A stretch of 64,000 nucleotides of DNA from Gammaproteobacteria bacterium (GTDB lineage Bacteria > Pseudomonadota > Gammaproteobacteria > DAOVJZ01): NCBI GenBank assembly GCA_029882995.1, contig JAOUJV010000003.1, positions 373-64,372 on the forward strand, in the 5' to 3' direction. Positions 21,077 to 32,217 of the stretch are shown in pieces. The first letter of the stretch is position 1. Each line of letters begins with the position of its first letter. Under the pieces are notes generated by a model that saw nothing but the letters and a program-made list of their open reading frames with translations, searched no databases and was not told the DNA's origin. A program made the position numbers and the translations under genes.

Positions 21077-21529
21077 TTAAATTTCCGGAACAAGATTTGC
21101 CTTTTCAATTTCATTAATCGGCAATCTATATTCCTCATCATCTACATCTATCACCACATGATCATCATCTACACCATGGAGTACACCGGTATAATTCCGT
21201 CTGCCTTCAAACGGCATTCTGGTACGTATTCTGGCCTTGCTTCCGGCAAACCGTACAAAATGTTCTGCCGTATACAAGGGTCTGTCCAGGCCCGGTGAAG
21301 ATACCTCCAGTACATAGTTCTCACGAATGGGATCTTCCACTTCCAGTATGCCGCTCACCTGATGACTTACCTTTCCGCAGTCATCAACGGTAATACCGTT
21401 TTCACTATCGATATAAATTCGCAATAGCCCTTGTTTGCCCTGCCGAAGATACTCAACACCGACTAACTCATAACCCATCGCCGTAATCGCAGGTTCAAAT
21501 AACGCTCTAAACTGTGGTGCCTGACCCAT
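21077..21529 (-). CDS. rimP: Ribosome maturation factor RimP
   Basis: 150 aa, the first gene of the rimP-nusA-infB operon. Confidence 0.9.
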   Translation of the reverse strand: MGQAPQFRALFEPAITAMGYELVGVEYLRQGKQGLLRIYIDSENGITVDDCGKVSHQVSGILEVEDPIRENYVLEVSSPGLDRPLYTAEHFVRFAGSKARIRTRMPFEGRRNYTGVLHGVDDDHVVIDVDDEEYRLPINEIEKANLVPEI

Positions 21530-21550
21530 GTTCTCCGCCGTAAAAACAAA

Positions 21551-21575
21551 AAGTGGGCCGACGGCCCACCTTTTA
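21551..21575 (-). promoter_or_regulatory. GC hairpin plus T-run in the rimP leader (putative attenuator/terminator)
   Basis: gtgggccgacggcccac flanked by A and T runs, 22 nt upstream of the rimP start on the minus strand. Confidence 0.5.
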
Positions 21576-22030
21576 TTAGTACTTAATTTGGTCTCGCTAT
21601 TATAGCGTTCTGTTCAGGAAAAACCAGCAAAAACTGACAAAGAAAACCCGAAACATGGCCAGAATATTCAAGAATTCTCTCAATCAGAAACTTTCTGAAA
21701 TCCTGAATCTTTATAGAACAAATAAACTATATATATCATATAGTTATATAATCTTCCTGTGAATTTGCCTGTAATAGAGGATGACTTTTATAAATCAACA
21801 ACTTATTTTGCACTAAGTGGTATTTTGATCATACTCATAGGGTATACTTTCGATGAAAAGCTAAAGTAATTTATGAGATATAAGGATATATACAAAATTA
21901 TTACTATAATTAATAACTTGTAAGTATTTTCAACAATTTATATAAAAAACACAGATTTCCGCCCTGGTGACGCCAGATCAGGCCCTGCACCAGCGCAAAT
22001 CCGGATTTACAGGAGTTTGAAGTAGATTAT
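21576..22030. promoter_or_regulatory. AT-rich divergent promoter region between the rimP operon and the gsp operon
   Basis: About 450 bp, strongly AT-rich, with no ORF. Flanked by divergently oriented operons. Confidence 0.4.
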
Positions 22031-24007
22031 ATGGAGCGTTTAACTACGTTTTGTACCGCTTTCGTGCCCAAGGCATTCTTGCTACTGGTATTTTTACTGG
22101 TAAATCCGGCTTATGCTGAAAATATTACCCTTAACCTGAAAGACGCTGATATCAATGCGCTCATCGATACTGTCTCAAAGAAAACCGGCAAAAATTTTAT
22201 TGTCGATCCGCGCGTTAAAGGCAAAGTAACCGTCATCTCCTCCCATCCGATGGATGTCGAGGAACTCTATCAGGTCTTCTTATCAATTCTTCAGGTACAT
22301 GGTTTCTCAACTGTCCCGAGTGGGAACGTCATAAAAATTATTCCTGATGCCTCGGCCAAACAGGCTGAAATCCCGACCGTGAATTATCGCGCACCCGGTA
22401 TCGGTGATGAAATGGTAACGCGTGTGATTACACTGGATAATATTTCGGCATCACAACTGGTGCCTATCCTACGACCACTGATCCCGCAACATGGTCATCT
22501 GGCAGCCTACGCGCGCACCAACGTTCTCATCATTACCGACCGTGCCGCCAATATCACACGGCTGGCTCAAATTATTAAACGTATCGATCTGGAAGGTGAT
22601 AATGATATTGAAGTAATACGTCTCGAGTATGCGTCTGCCTCCGAGATTGTCAAAATTATTACCTCACTGGAACAAAAAGACGCCAAAGATGCACCAGCAT
22701 CTGATCGACCTATTCTCGTGGCCGATGATCGTACCAACAGCATCCTGATGTCCGGTGATAAAAGTAATCGTATCCGGATGCGCATGATTGTTTCTCATCT
22801 GGATACGCCACTGGAAAGCGGTGGTAACACCAATGTTATTTACCTGCACTATGCCAAGGCCAAGGAACTGGTGCCTATTCTGACCGGTGTCAGCGCCAAC
22901 ATCACTGAAGTCAAACGTCCTCAAGGCGGTACTACACGCATACCAGCGGCTGGTAACAAGGTCAGTATTGAAGCGGATGAGCAAACCAATGCACTTGTCA
23001 TCTCGGCACCACCTGACATTATGCGTTCATTACAAGCTGTTATTAAAAAACTGGACATACGCCGTGCGCAAGTATTGGTTGAAGCCATTATCGCAGAAGT
23101 CTCTTCAACCAAAGGGGCTGAACTGGGTGTTCAATGGGCCAGTAGTGCCAGTACCGCTGGCAGCAATGTAACAGCAGGTGGCATTTCATTATCCGGAACT
23201 GACAGTAAAGCCATCAACAGTTTTAACCTCGGCTCACTTCAGCAAGGACTGAGCATTGGTCACTTTACCAAAGGGACTATTCGCGGCCTGCTACGTGCTC
23301 TGGCATCAGATGTAAAAACCAATGTGCTTTCAACACCCAATCTCGTTACACTGGATAACGAAGAAGCTGAAATTATTGTTGGTGAAAACGTTCCTTTTAT
23401 CACCGGGCAGTTTACCAATAACACTACTACCCCTGACAATCCGTTCCAGACCATAGAACGTCATGATGTCGGTATTGTTTTGAAAGTAAAACCTCAAATC
23501 AACGAAGGTGATGCGGTTAAACTGGATATTACACAGGAAGTATCCAGTGTTCAGAACGACACTTCCGGCACCTCGCTAACCACGAACAAGCGTTCTATCA
23601 AAACCAGTGTGCTGGTCGATGATAAGCAAATTATTGTGCTTGGTGGACTAATAAAAGATGACTTGCAGGAAACAGTACAGAAGGTACCCCTGCTCGGCGA
23701 TATCCCGTTACTGGGTATGCTGTTCCGCAATACTGCAACTGATCTGGTCAAGACCAATCTGATGGTATTCCTGCGTCCGGAAATTCTGCGTAATGGTCAG
23801 GATACTTTCATACAAACCAACAGCAAGTATGAATTCATTCGTAAACTGCAACAGGCACGCAGGGAAGAAGGCGTGGGACTCATGTATGATAATAACGCAC
23901 CTGTTCTTCCGAAACTGGAAATGCGGTTACCTGTGCCCTATCAGGAAACGGATGAAGATATAAATTCGATCAAGAACATCATAAATGACAACCGCGCTGA
24001 AGAATAA
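22031..24007 (+). CDS. gspD: Type II secretion system secretin GspD
   Basis: 658 aa with a signal peptide, N0-N3 domains and a C-terminal secretin domain ([15 protein letters not shown]). Confidence 0.9.
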   Translation: MERLTTFCTAFVPKAFLLLVFLLVNPAYAENITLNLKDADINALIDTVSKKTGKNFIVDPRVKGKVTVISSHPMDVEELYQVFLSILQVHGFSTVPSGNVIKIIPDASAKQAEIPTVNYRAPGIGDEMVTRVITLDNISASQLVPILRPLIPQHGHLAAYARTNVLIITDRAANITRLAQIIKRIDLEGDNDIEVIRLEYASASEIVKIITSLEQKDAKDAPASDRPILVADDRTNSILMSGDKSNRIRMRMIVSHLDTPLESGGNTNVIYLHYAKAKELVPILTGVSANITEVKRPQGGTTRIPAAGNKVSIEADEQTNALVISAPPDIMRSLQAVIKKLDIRRAQVLVEAIIAEVSSTKGAELGVQWASSASTAGSNVTAGGISLSGTDSKAINSFNLGSLQQGLSIGHFTKGTIRGLLRALASDVKTNVLSTPNLVTLDNEEAEIIVGENVPFITGQFTNNTTTPDNPFQTIERHDVGIVLKVKPQINEGDAVKLDITQEVSSVQNDTSGTSLTTNKRSIKTSVLVDDKQIIVLGGLIKDDLQETVQKVPLLGDIPLLGMLFRNTATDLVKTNLMVFLRPEILRNGQDTFIQTNSKYEFIRKLQQARREEGVGLMYDNNAPVLPKLEMRLPVPYQETDEDINSIKNIINDNRAEE

Positions 24008-25502
24008 GGTCGTGGAAGTTTCCAGTCAGCAACAATCGTTACAATTGCCTTTCAGTTTTGCCAAACGTCATGGCGTACTGATTAAACAGTATGAAAAAGA
24101 CAAGGCCATCGTGGCCTACCGTCCCGGTGTCACAACTTCCATACTTTCTGAAGTAAGGCGTTTTGTTTCCATGCCGGTACAACTGGAAGCCGTCTCAAGC
24201 GAACAGTTCGATGAGCTGTTATCCAGATCCTATGAACAGCAATCAAGTCAGGCTATGCAAATGATGGAAGATCTGGGTGATGAACTGGATCTGGCGCATG
24301 TTGCACAACAATTATCTGAACCTGAAGATCTGCTCGAAAGTCAGGATGACGCACCCATTATTCGATTAATCAACGCTCTGTTGACGGAAGCGGCAAAGGA
24401 AAATGCATCAGATATTCACATCGAACCATATGAAAACCGTCTGGCAGTCCGTTTTCGTATTGATGGTGTGCTTAAAGATGTTATACAACCGGATCGTAAA
24501 CTTGCTCCTTTGCTGGTTTCACGTATCAAGGTCATGGCCAAACTCGATATTGCAGAAAAACGATTACCGCAGGATGGACGTATTTCCCTGCGAGTTGCCG
24601 GTCGTCCGGTTGATGTACGTGTTTCCACCATTCCATCCGGTCATGGTGAACGTGTTGTTTTACGTTTATTGGACAAACAGGCCGGTCGTCTGGATCTGGA
24701 ACAACTGGGCATGGCAAAAACCGGCATGGATCAAATGAATGACCTGATCAGTAAACCGCACGGCATTATTCTGGTAACTGGCCCAACCGGTTCAGGTAAA
24801 ACAACCACATTGTATGCCGTGCTCTCCAGACTCAATAGTCGTCAACGCAACATACTGACAGTTGAAGATCCGATTGAATATTATCTTGACGGGATTGGAC
24901 AGACACAGGTCAACACCAAGGTGGACATGAGTTTTGCACGCGGCCTACGCGCTATTTTACGTCAGGATCCGGACATAGTGATGGTTGGTGAAATACGCGA
25001 TCTGGAAACTGCTGAAATCGCAGTTCAGGCCAGTTTGACCGGACATCTGGTGCTTTCAACATTGCACACCAATACAGCCGTCGGTGCCGCTACCCGTTTG
25101 CGCGATATGGGTGTTGAACCTTTCCTGTTATCTTCAAGCTTAATCGGTGTGCTTGCACAACGTCTTGTGCGTTTATTATGTCCACATTGCAAACAGCCAC
25201 ATGAAATTTCTGAAAGTGAAGCGCGCATGATTGGTTTAAAACCTGATGCTAGTCAGACGATTTATGGGCCTGGCGGCTGTGAAAAATGTAATCATACCGG
25301 TTATACCGGTCGTGCCGGTATTTTTGAATTAATCATGATTGACGACATCTTGCGTACCATGATTCATGATGGTGCCGGTGAGCATGAGCTGGAAAAATAT
25401 GCGCGCACATTAACCACCGGTATTCGTGAGGATGGACGCAGACGAATATTATCTGGTGACACGTCGATTGAAGAAGTCCTGCGCGTTACAAGAGAAGATT
25501 AA
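23985..25502 (+). CDS. gspE: Type II secretion ATPase GspE
   Basis: Walker [10 protein letters not shown], a tetracysteine motif (CPHC...CEKC) and a GspE N-domain. Confidence 0.9.
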   Translation: MTTALKNKVVEVSSQQQSLQLPFSFAKRHGVLIKQYEKDKAIVAYRPGVTTSILSEVRRFVSMPVQLEAVSSEQFDELLSRSYEQQSSQAMQMMEDLGDELDLAHVAQQLSEPEDLLESQDDAPIIRLINALLTEAAKENASDIHIEPYENRLAVRFRIDGVLKDVIQPDRKLAPLLVSRIKVMAKLDIAEKRLPQDGRISLRVAGRPVDVRVSTIPSGHGERVVLRLLDKQAGRLDLEQLGMAKTGMDQMNDLISKPHGIILVTGPTGSGKTTTLYAVLSRLNSRQRNILTVEDPIEYYLDGIGQTQVNTKVDMSFARGLRAILRQDPDIVMVGEIRDLETAEIAVQASLTGHLVLSTLHTNTAVGAATRLRDMGVEPFLLSSSLIGVLAQRLVRLLCPHCKQPHEISESEARMIGLKPDASQTIYGPGGCEKCNHTGYTGRAGIFELIMIDDILRTMIHDGAGEHELEKYARTLTTGIREDGRRRILSGDTSIEEVLRVTRED

Positions 25503-25516
25503 CAGGTCAGAAAATT

Positions 25517-26734
25517 GTGCCAGCATATAATTACCAAGCTCTCGACAATACCGGACGTGAACTCAAGGGAGTCATGGAAGGTGACAGTGCGCGCCAGTTA
25601 CGCCAGCAGTTGCGTGACAAGGGCTGGACTCCGCTGGAAGTCGCTGAAGTAGTACAACAAAAAAAATCCGGTAAAAAATTCAGCATCCAGTTGCGCAATA
25701 AAATCAGTGCATCTGAACTGGCACTGGCAACACGACAACTCGCCACACTGGTGCGCTCTTCTCTGCCTCTGGAAGAAGCCTTGCATACGGTGTCGCGTCA
25801 AAGTACACGACCCAATCTCAAAAGCATTATGTTTGCCGTACGTTCACGCGTACTGGAAGGACACTCACTCGCACAAGGACTAAATGATTTTCCAGCAGCC
25901 TTTCCAGAACTTTACCGTGCAACCGTTGCGGCCGGTGAACAATCGGGACATCTTGATACCGTACTGGAACGACTGGCTGACTACACCGAGGCAAGACAGC
26001 AACTGCAACAAAAGATTTCACAGGCATTAATCTACCCAATCCTGCTGACATCCATATCCATACTGGTGATTGTGTTCCTGCTTACTTTTGTGATGCCACA
26101 AATCACACAAGTATTTGCCAATACGGGTCAACAACTGCCCTGGCTGACGACAGCCATGATTGCAACCAGTGAGTTTTTGCAAGACTATGGATTTCTCTTG
26201 TTGGCAGGTATTGTTGTTGCCTATATCGCTGCACGCATGAGTCTGAAAAATGAATCAACACGCCAGCGTTATCATGACGTACTACTCAAAATTCCTCTGG
26301 TAAAAAGTCTGGTTCAGGGACTGAATACAGCACGCTTTGCACGTACATTCAGTATTCTGATGGGCAGTGGTGTTCCGGTTGTTGAGGCATTGCGCATTTC
26401 GGCACAGGTCATATCCAATCTACCCATGCGTAATGCAGTTACCGATGTTTCTCACCGTGTCCGTGAAGGTGCCAGCTTGCATAAATCCCTGTATGACAGC
26501 GGCTATTTCCCACCGATGACAACCCAGCTGATTGCCAGTGGTGAAGCCAGTGGTGATCTGGATGCCATGCTGGAGCGCGCCGCCCAAAGTCAGGAGCGGG
26601 AGGTTGAATCACTGATATCAAGATTAATGGCCATTTTTGAGCCTGTTTTATTGCTGGTAATGGGTATGATTGTACTGGTCATTGTATTGGCCACCCTGCT
26701 CCCGATTCTGGAGTTAAATCAGCTCATCCGTTAA
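25517..26734 (+). CDS. gspF: Type II secretion inner-membrane platform protein GspF
   Basis: 405 aa, a three-transmembrane GspF/PilC fold with duplicated domains. Confidence 0.9.
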   Translation: MPAYNYQALDNTGRELKGVMEGDSARQLRQQLRDKGWTPLEVAEVVQQKKSGKKFSIQLRNKISASELALATRQLATLVRSSLPLEEALHTVSRQSTRPNLKSIMFAVRSRVLEGHSLAQGLNDFPAAFPELYRATVAAGEQSGHLDTVLERLADYTEARQQLQQKISQALIYPILLTSISILVIVFLLTFVMPQITQVFANTGQQLPWLTTAMIATSEFLQDYGFLLLAGIVVAYIAARMSLKNESTRQRYHDVLLKIPLVKSLVQGLNTARFARTFSILMGSGVPVVEALRISAQVISNLPMRNAVTDVSHRVREGASLHKSLYDSGYFPPMTTQLIASGEASGDLDAMLERAAQSQEREVESLISRLMAIFEPVLLLVMGMIVLVIVLATLLPILELNQLIR

Positions 26735-26753
26735 ATCGAGCTATTGCTGTATA

Positions 26754-27524
26754 ATGGAGTCCATGAACAGTTATACACATAATCATGCATCACTGGAGCG
26801 GACTTTGGGCATGCTGCAACAGCCGCGTGTTGCCCGTGCCCTGTCACTGACATTGACACTGTTGTTTACAGCTGGCTGTCTTGCTATTGCCTATGATTTG
26901 AAACAAACCTTCTGGGACAAACAATCTGATCAATCCTCTTTATCAGAAACCACCACTGTCCAGAAAACAACAACGTCAAAAACCCTGACAGCCAGAAATA
27001 TTAACCAATGGCATTTATTCGGACAGGCACAAAAACAAAATACCGAATCAGCGCCTGCTCCTATCACCGCACCGGAAACAAGACTCAATCTGAAACTGAA
27101 TGGTATTATTGCATCAGATGGCGAAAATACAGCAGGTGCTATTATTGAAAAAAGCCCTGGCAATCAGGAATACTTTGCTCTGGGTGATACCATCAGTAAT
27201 GGAGTCACCCTGAAGGAAGTCTACACAGATCGGGTTATTCTAAGCAGAAGCGGAAGACTGGAAACACTAAGCCTGCCCAAGCTTGATATAAATGCCAGCT
27301 CGACAGGTTTTGACAGCACACCTGTTGTGCAAAAACCTGCCGTTTCCAGACCTGCAAATGTTGTACCCGATAATGTGAAACCGATATCAGCAAACACACC
27401 CAAACCAACAGTTGGCCGTGATGCAAAGGACACAAAGAAGTTATTGGAGAAATACAGAGAAATGGTGCTGCAGCGCCAACAACGTTTAATGAAAGAAAAA
27501 TCGGAAAACAATAATGAAGAATAA
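26754..27524 (+). CDS. gspC: Type II secretion protein GspC-like (GspN is an alternative)
   Basis: N-terminal transmembrane segment and an HR-like domain (LKLNGIIAS...AIIEKSPGNQEYFALGDTISNGVTLKEVYTDRVILSRSG). Its position after gspF is unusual. Confidence 0.6.
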   Translation: MESMNSYTHNHASLERTLGMLQQPRVARALSLTLTLLFTAGCLAIAYDLKQTFWDKQSDQSSLSETTTVQKTTTSKTLTARNINQWHLFGQAQKQNTESAPAPITAPETRLNLKLNGIIASDGENTAGAIIEKSPGNQEYFALGDTISNGVTLKEVYTDRVILSRSGRLETLSLPKLDINASSTGFDSTPVVQKPAVSRPANVVPDNVKPISANTPKPTVGRDAKDTKKLLEKYREMVLQRQQRLMKEKSENNNEE

Positions 27525-27951
27525 AAAATCAAATCATAAAGGTTTTACACTTATCGAAGTCATGATTGTCGTTATCATTATCGGCATTCTGGCAACATTG
27601 GTTGTACCTAAATTGATTGGACGTCAGGATCAGGCGCTGGTCACCAAGGCGCGTCACGATATCAGCACGCTGGAAAATGCACTCAAACTCTATCGTCTGG
27701 ATAACTATAATTACCCATCTACCGATCAAGGACTCGAAGCATTGGTGACCAAACCAGCTGGCACACCTGAACCCAGAAACTGGAAAAAAGGCGGGTATAT
27801 CGAACGCATGCCCAAGGATCCGTGGGGCAATGACTATCTTTATCTCAATCCCGGTATACACGGTGACATCGATATTTACTCTCTCGGTGCTGATGCACAG
27901 GAAGGTGGAGAGGAGATGAATGCGGACATAGGCAACTGGAACCTCGAGTAA
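27514..27951 (+). CDS. gspG: Major pseudopilin GspG
   Basis: Prepilin leader KGFTLIEVMIVVIIIGILA and a GspG fold. Confidence 0.9.
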   Translation: MKNKKSNHKGFTLIEVMIVVIIIGILATLVVPKLIGRQDQALVTKARHDISTLENALKLYRLDNYNYPSTDQGLEALVTKPAGTPEPRNWKKGGYIERMPKDPWGNDYLYLNPGIHGDIDIYSLGADAQEGGEEMNADIGNWNLE

Positions 27952-28089
27952 TTAAGCCCCTAAAGCGGCGCTGGCTATGTTGAAAAGAAACTCAAAATTC
28001 TCATTTACTGTCTGTAAACTCCGCTTTTTCGTTTCTTTTCGCCTTGCCATCATCCACTTTATGAACTTAATTTGCTAATTTTTTCAACC

Positions 28090-28587
28090 ATGCCCTGCTC
28101 CGGAAAAAAAAATGTACGGGGTTTCACATTACTGGAACTGCTGATTGTTATTACCATCATTGGCCTTGTTATCGGGCTGGTCAGTCTTTCTACTGGACTG
28201 ATTGGTAATGTTCCACTCGAACGCGAAGCCAAGCGCCTTCACGCACTAATCGATCAGGTTGGCAAGGAAGCCATCATTCAATCAAAAGTGATTGGTATTC
28301 ATTTCTCACACAATAATTATTCCTTTCTGCAGTTACAGGATAACCAGTGGCAAGTATTGTCTGATGATGACATCTTCAAGACCAGAGAACTGCCCGAGCA
28401 GTTAAAGCTGGAACATGATTTTGAGACAGATGAAGAATCAGAAACACTCAAGCCAATGACTTTTTTCCTGCCAACCGGTGAAACGCTGCCCTTTATTGTC
28501 GCATTGCGTGATATAGACAGTAACGAAAAATATATCATTACACTTAAACATAATGGCACCGTTGCCATGGAGCGTGTTGATGAATAG
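28090..28587 (+). CDS. gspH: Minor pseudopilin GspH
   Basis: RGFTLLELLIVITIIGLV prepilin motif. The start is placed at the ATG at 28090. Confidence 0.8.
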   Translation: MPCSGKKNVRGFTLLELLIVITIIGLVIGLVSLSTGLIGNVPLEREAKRLHALIDQVGKEAIIQSKVIGIHFSHNNYSFLQLQDNQWQVLSDDDIFKTRELPEQLKLEHDFETDEESETLKPMTFFLPTGETLPFIVALRDIDSNEKYIITLKHNGTVAMERVDE

Positions 28588-28951
28588 ACGCAGCAACGGC
28601 TTTACACTCTTGGAAATACTGGTGGCACTGGTTGTGCTGGCCGTTGCATTGACGGCTGTCATCCGTACTGTCAGTGCTGATGCTACCAATCTGGGTTATA
28701 TGCGTGATAAGACACTGGCCCATTGGGTGGCGATTAATCATATTACCGAGCTCCATATAAACAAGGAGTGGCCATCAGTTGGTACTAAATCCGGATCCGA
28801 ATTCATGGCCAATCGTGACTGGTACTGGAAAACCAGGGTATCCACGACAGCTGATGAAGATGTGCGTCGAATTGATGTTTCGGTCAGTGATAAAGAGGAT
28901 GATGAAAATCCGTTAACCACTGTAACCGCCTTTATAGGTAATTCATCATGA
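28580..28951 (+). CDS. gspI: Minor pseudopilin GspI
   Basis: NGFTLLEILVALVVLAV. Start at the internal ATG that overlaps the gspH stop. Confidence 0.8.
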   Translation: MNRRSNGFTLLEILVALVVLAVALTAVIRTVSADATNLGYMRDKTLAHWVAINHITELHINKEWPSVGTKSGSEFMANRDWYWKTRVSTTADEDVRRIDVSVSDKEDDENPLTTVTAFIGNSS

Positions 28952-29544
28952 AGCGGCTTCATCACCAAAATGGTTTTACCCTCCTCGAATTACTTGTTGC
29001 GGTCAGTATTTTTGCGGTTGTTACTACAATGGCCTATGCCGGACTACAAACTATATTGAATAGCAGTGATCGTATTACCGAACAAAGCAAGCAACTCGCT
29101 GAACTGCAACTCGCCTTTACCATCCTGTCTCGTGACTTGCAGTTATCAGTTCCCCGACCAGTGCGCGATCAATTTGGCGATACCAAACCTGCCTTCTATT
29201 CAGGAACTGCTGATCAGTTACTTGAACTCACCCATAACGGTGTTGTGAATCTGCTTGATCAAAACAAAAGTGATCTGCAACGTATTACCTACTCATTTGA
29301 AGAAGAGCAACTGAAACGCAATATATGGCCGACTCTGGATCAGACGCAGGCGGAAGAACCTCAGGAAATGGTTTTACTGGATAAGGTGCAAAACGTGGAG
29401 ATCCGTTTACTCAATGAAAATGGGGAATGGGGACAGGACTGGTCAGATGAGAATCATATTGCCATGCCGGTAGCAGTAGAAGTACTGGTTGAAACAGCAC
29501 ACTGGGGTGTCATTAAACGCCTGATACAAATACCGGGACACTAG
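28948..29544 (+). CDS. gspJ: Minor pseudopilin GspJ
   Basis: NGFTLLELLVAVSIFAVV. Confidence 0.8.
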   Translation: MKRLHHQNGFTLLELLVAVSIFAVVTTMAYAGLQTILNSSDRITEQSKQLAELQLAFTILSRDLQLSVPRPVRDQFGDTKPAFYSGTADQLLELTHNGVVNLLDQNKSDLQRITYSFEEEQLKRNIWPTLDQTQAEEPQEMVLLDKVQNVEIRLLNENGEWGQDWSDENHIAMPVAVEVLVETAHWGVIKRLIQIPGH

Positions 29545-29545
29545 T

Positions 29546-30475
29546 ATGACATCATTAAAAAAACAAAAAGGTATTGCCCTCATCACTGCCATGCTGATCG
29601 TTTCACTGGTTGTGATCATTGCGGCAACACTGACAACACAGCAGGAACTGGATATCCGCCGTACCGGTAATGTGCTGGCGCAGGAACAGGCCTGGCTTTA
29701 TGCGACAGGTGTCGAGGACTGGGCCAAAGGTGTGTTGAAGCAGGATGCAAAAAATTCCAAACATGATTTTCTGGCAGAAAGCTGGACAATTCCTTTGCAA
29801 CCAATTGAAGTTGATGGTGGACAACTCAATGGATTGATTGAAGATGAACAGGCCAAGTTTAATCTCAACAATCTGGTCAAGGACGGCAAGGCCAGTCTGC
29901 CGGACATGGAACGCTTCAAACGCCTGTTAACAGCTCTGGAACTGGATACTAATCTGGTGCAAGCGATTGTTGACTGGATAGATGTAAATCAGGAAACCAG
30001 TTTTCCGAATGGTGCTGAAGATCAATTCTACTCCGGTCAGGACATTTCCTATCGCACTGCCGACCGCCCGATGGGTGATATTTCCGAACTGCGCTTGATA
30101 AAAGACATTACGGGTGAAATCTATCGCAAGCTGGCACCCTACGTAACCGCCCTGCCCGAATACACCAGCATTAATATCAATACCGCACCGGAGCCGGTGT
30201 TGATGTCGATTGCAGAGGGTGTCACCGCATCAGGTGCAAGCAGTATTGTTACTGACAGGGCTGAGTCCGGTTTTGAAACCATCGAGGCCTTTTCAAAACA
30301 CAATGCGCTGGCAGGGTTAACGCTGGAACAAGCCGGCCTTTCAGTCGATAGCCAGTATTTCAGGCTGTCCTCAACCGTTGAAATAAGTAGCAGTATCATC
30401 AAACTGGACAGCCTGTTGGCACGTAAAAGCACGGGTAAAGTGTTCACGCTGGCACGCAAGCGCCGTTCATATTAG
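29546..30475 (+). CDS. gspK: Minor pseudopilin GspK
   Basis: 309 aa: KGIALITAMLIVSLVVIIA. Confidence 0.8.
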   Translation: MTSLKKQKGIALITAMLIVSLVVIIAATLTTQQELDIRRTGNVLAQEQAWLYATGVEDWAKGVLKQDAKNSKHDFLAESWTIPLQPIEVDGGQLNGLIEDEQAKFNLNNLVKDGKASLPDMERFKRLLTALELDTNLVQAIVDWIDVNQETSFPNGAEDQFYSGQDISYRTADRPMGDISELRLIKDITGEIYRKLAPYVTALPEYTSININTAPEPVLMSIAEGVTASGASSIVTDRAESGFETIEAFSKHNALAGLTLEQAGLSVDSQYFRLSSTVEISSSIIKLDSLLARKSTGKVFTLARKRRSY

Positions 30476-30509
30476 ACTGTTATTACTGATTAAGGCTGAT
30501 TGAACAATA

Positions 30510-31727
30510 ATGACGGATCGAATTTTTATACACATGCCATCTGGCCAGACCGAGGTCGACTGGTTGATTACATCAAGCCAGAAGTCATCGGCACAAAGTG
30601 GCCATGATGATCTGGCCAAGATCACGGCATTATGCAGTGATCGTCAGGTCGTACTGGTGATCCCGGGCAACACAACCTCGCTGCGCACAGCTACATTACC
30701 CGTTAGCAACAAAAAGCAACTGCTCAAGGCCATTCCCTATGCACTGGAAGAACATCTCATCGAGGATGTTGATAAATTACATTTTGCGATTGGCAAACAG
30801 GAATCCGACAAATCAACACCGGTAGCAGTCACACGCCAGCAATACATGAAAAACTGGCTGGCCATTCTGGAGAAACACAACATCACACCGGATATTATTA
30901 TTCCCGATACTTTATTGTTACCGCAAAGACCAAGAGAATGGTCAGCCATGATTCATGGCCATGCCATGAATGTACGTACCGGAAAAAACAGCGGATTCAG
31001 TTGTGATATGGACAATGCCGGTTTTATGTTGCAAACGGCATTGACTGAAAACAATACAAGCAAACCGGCACGTATTAATCTGTTTCTGGCCAGCGATGCA
31101 ACCGCACCTGACAATCTGGATAAACTTGATACCGAAATAGTGACTCATTCAATTGAGGGTAATCCGCTCAGCATTCTGTCTGGCAATATCAACGGTTCTG
31201 CCATTATCAATTTGATGCAGGGCAGCTTTGTATCTAAAAGATCAGGCACTGGCACGTTGAAACCATGGAAACCGGCCATGATTGCCGCAGCGGCACTTTT
31301 GCTTTTACATATTGGCAGTAATGTAGGCCAGTATTTTTATTTGAATAATGAATACAACAAACTGGACACAGAAATAACACAGTTATATCAGCAACTTTTC
31401 CCCGGCTCCAAACAAACCAGAAATATCCGTTCTTTGGTGCAAAGCAAACTGAAGGAACTTAAAACAGGCAACGCATCCGGTAACAATGACTTTATCAGCC
31501 TGCTGGCAAGAACCGGTGACATTCTGCATAAAGTACCAGCGCTTGAAATTAATAATATTAATTATCGAAATAACCATATGGAAATGGAAGTGGTTATTAA
31601 TGATTTACAAACCATGGAAAAGGTGAAACAGGATCTGTCTGCTGCCGGACTCAATATTGAAGTCCAGTCGGCCTCTGCCAAGGATAACAAGGTCACGACC
31701 CGACTCAAGATTGAGGGAGCCAGCTGA
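30510..31727 (+). CDS. gspL: Type II secretion protein GspL
   Basis: 405 aa, bitopic, actin-like cytoplasmic domain. Operon position. Confidence 0.75.
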   Translation: MTDRIFIHMPSGQTEVDWLITSSQKSSAQSGHDDLAKITALCSDRQVVLVIPGNTTSLRTATLPVSNKKQLLKAIPYALEEHLIEDVDKLHFAIGKQESDKSTPVAVTRQQYMKNWLAILEKHNITPDIIIPDTLLLPQRPREWSAMIHGHAMNVRTGKNSGFSCDMDNAGFMLQTALTENNTSKPARINLFLASDATAPDNLDKLDTEIVTHSIEGNPLSILSGNINGSAIINLMQGSFVSKRSGTGTLKPWKPAMIAAAALLLLHIGSNVGQYFYLNNEYNKLDTEITQLYQQLFPGSKQTRNIRSLVQSKLKELKTGNASGNNDFISLLARTGDILHKVPALEINNINYRNNHMEMEVVINDLQTMEKVKQDLSAAGLNIEVQSASAKDNKVTTRLKIEGAS

Positions 31728-32209
31728 TGAAGGAATGGTTCAATAACCTGGAACAGCGTGAACGCCGCTATGTTTCTATCGGCAGTATTGCTGTGCTTAT
31801 CATGCTTGTCTATGCCTTGTTATGGGCACCCTTTCTTGAGGAAGTCAAAAAACTGAATAGTCAGGTTAATGGACATCGTGACACATTGAGCTGGATGCAA
31901 AACAATACTCAATTGATAAAAAGTACCAATCCAGCAGCAAGCACAGGCACGGTCAATCGTGATCAATCCCTGATCGCAGTTATCGGCGAAACCACAAAAA
32001 ATTCTGCCATGAGCCAAAGCGTGAAACGAGTGGAAGAAAACAAGGATAACAGTGTGCGCGTCTGGCTGGAAAAGGCACCCTTCGATCAAATGATTATCTG
32101 GCTTGAAAGTCTGCAAACACGCTATGGCGCAAACATAACCAGCATTAATATAGACAATCAAAGTGAAGTCGGTGTTGTTAATGCAAGACTTACGCTGGAG
32201 CGCCTTTAA
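31727..32209 (+). CDS. gspM: Type II secretion protein GspM
   Basis: 160 aa, bitopic. Operon position. Confidence 0.75.
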   Translation: MKEWFNNLEQRERRYVSIGSIAVLIMLVYALLWAPFLEEVKKLNSQVNGHRDTLSWMQNNTQLIKSTNPAASTGTVNRDQSLIAVIGETTKNSAMSQSVKRVEENKDNSVRVWLEKAPFDQMIIWLESLQTRYGANITSINIDNQSEVGVVNARLTLERL

Positions 32210-32217
32210 TATCTACA

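Noticed and set aside
21576-21700. Possible metY (tRNA-fMet) upstream of rimP, as in enteric bacteria
   Set aside because: No GGTTCGAATCC-type T-loop or acceptor-stem complementarity was found on either strand by eye. Only a terminator-like hairpin is present. A tRNAscan run would be decisive.
21955-22012. GC-rich imperfect palindrome (ctggtg...caccag) just upstream of gspD as a riboswitch or ncRNA
   Set aside because: The stem is short with a large loop and matches no motif I know. It is more likely a 5'-UTR secondary structure or an operator. Too weak to call.
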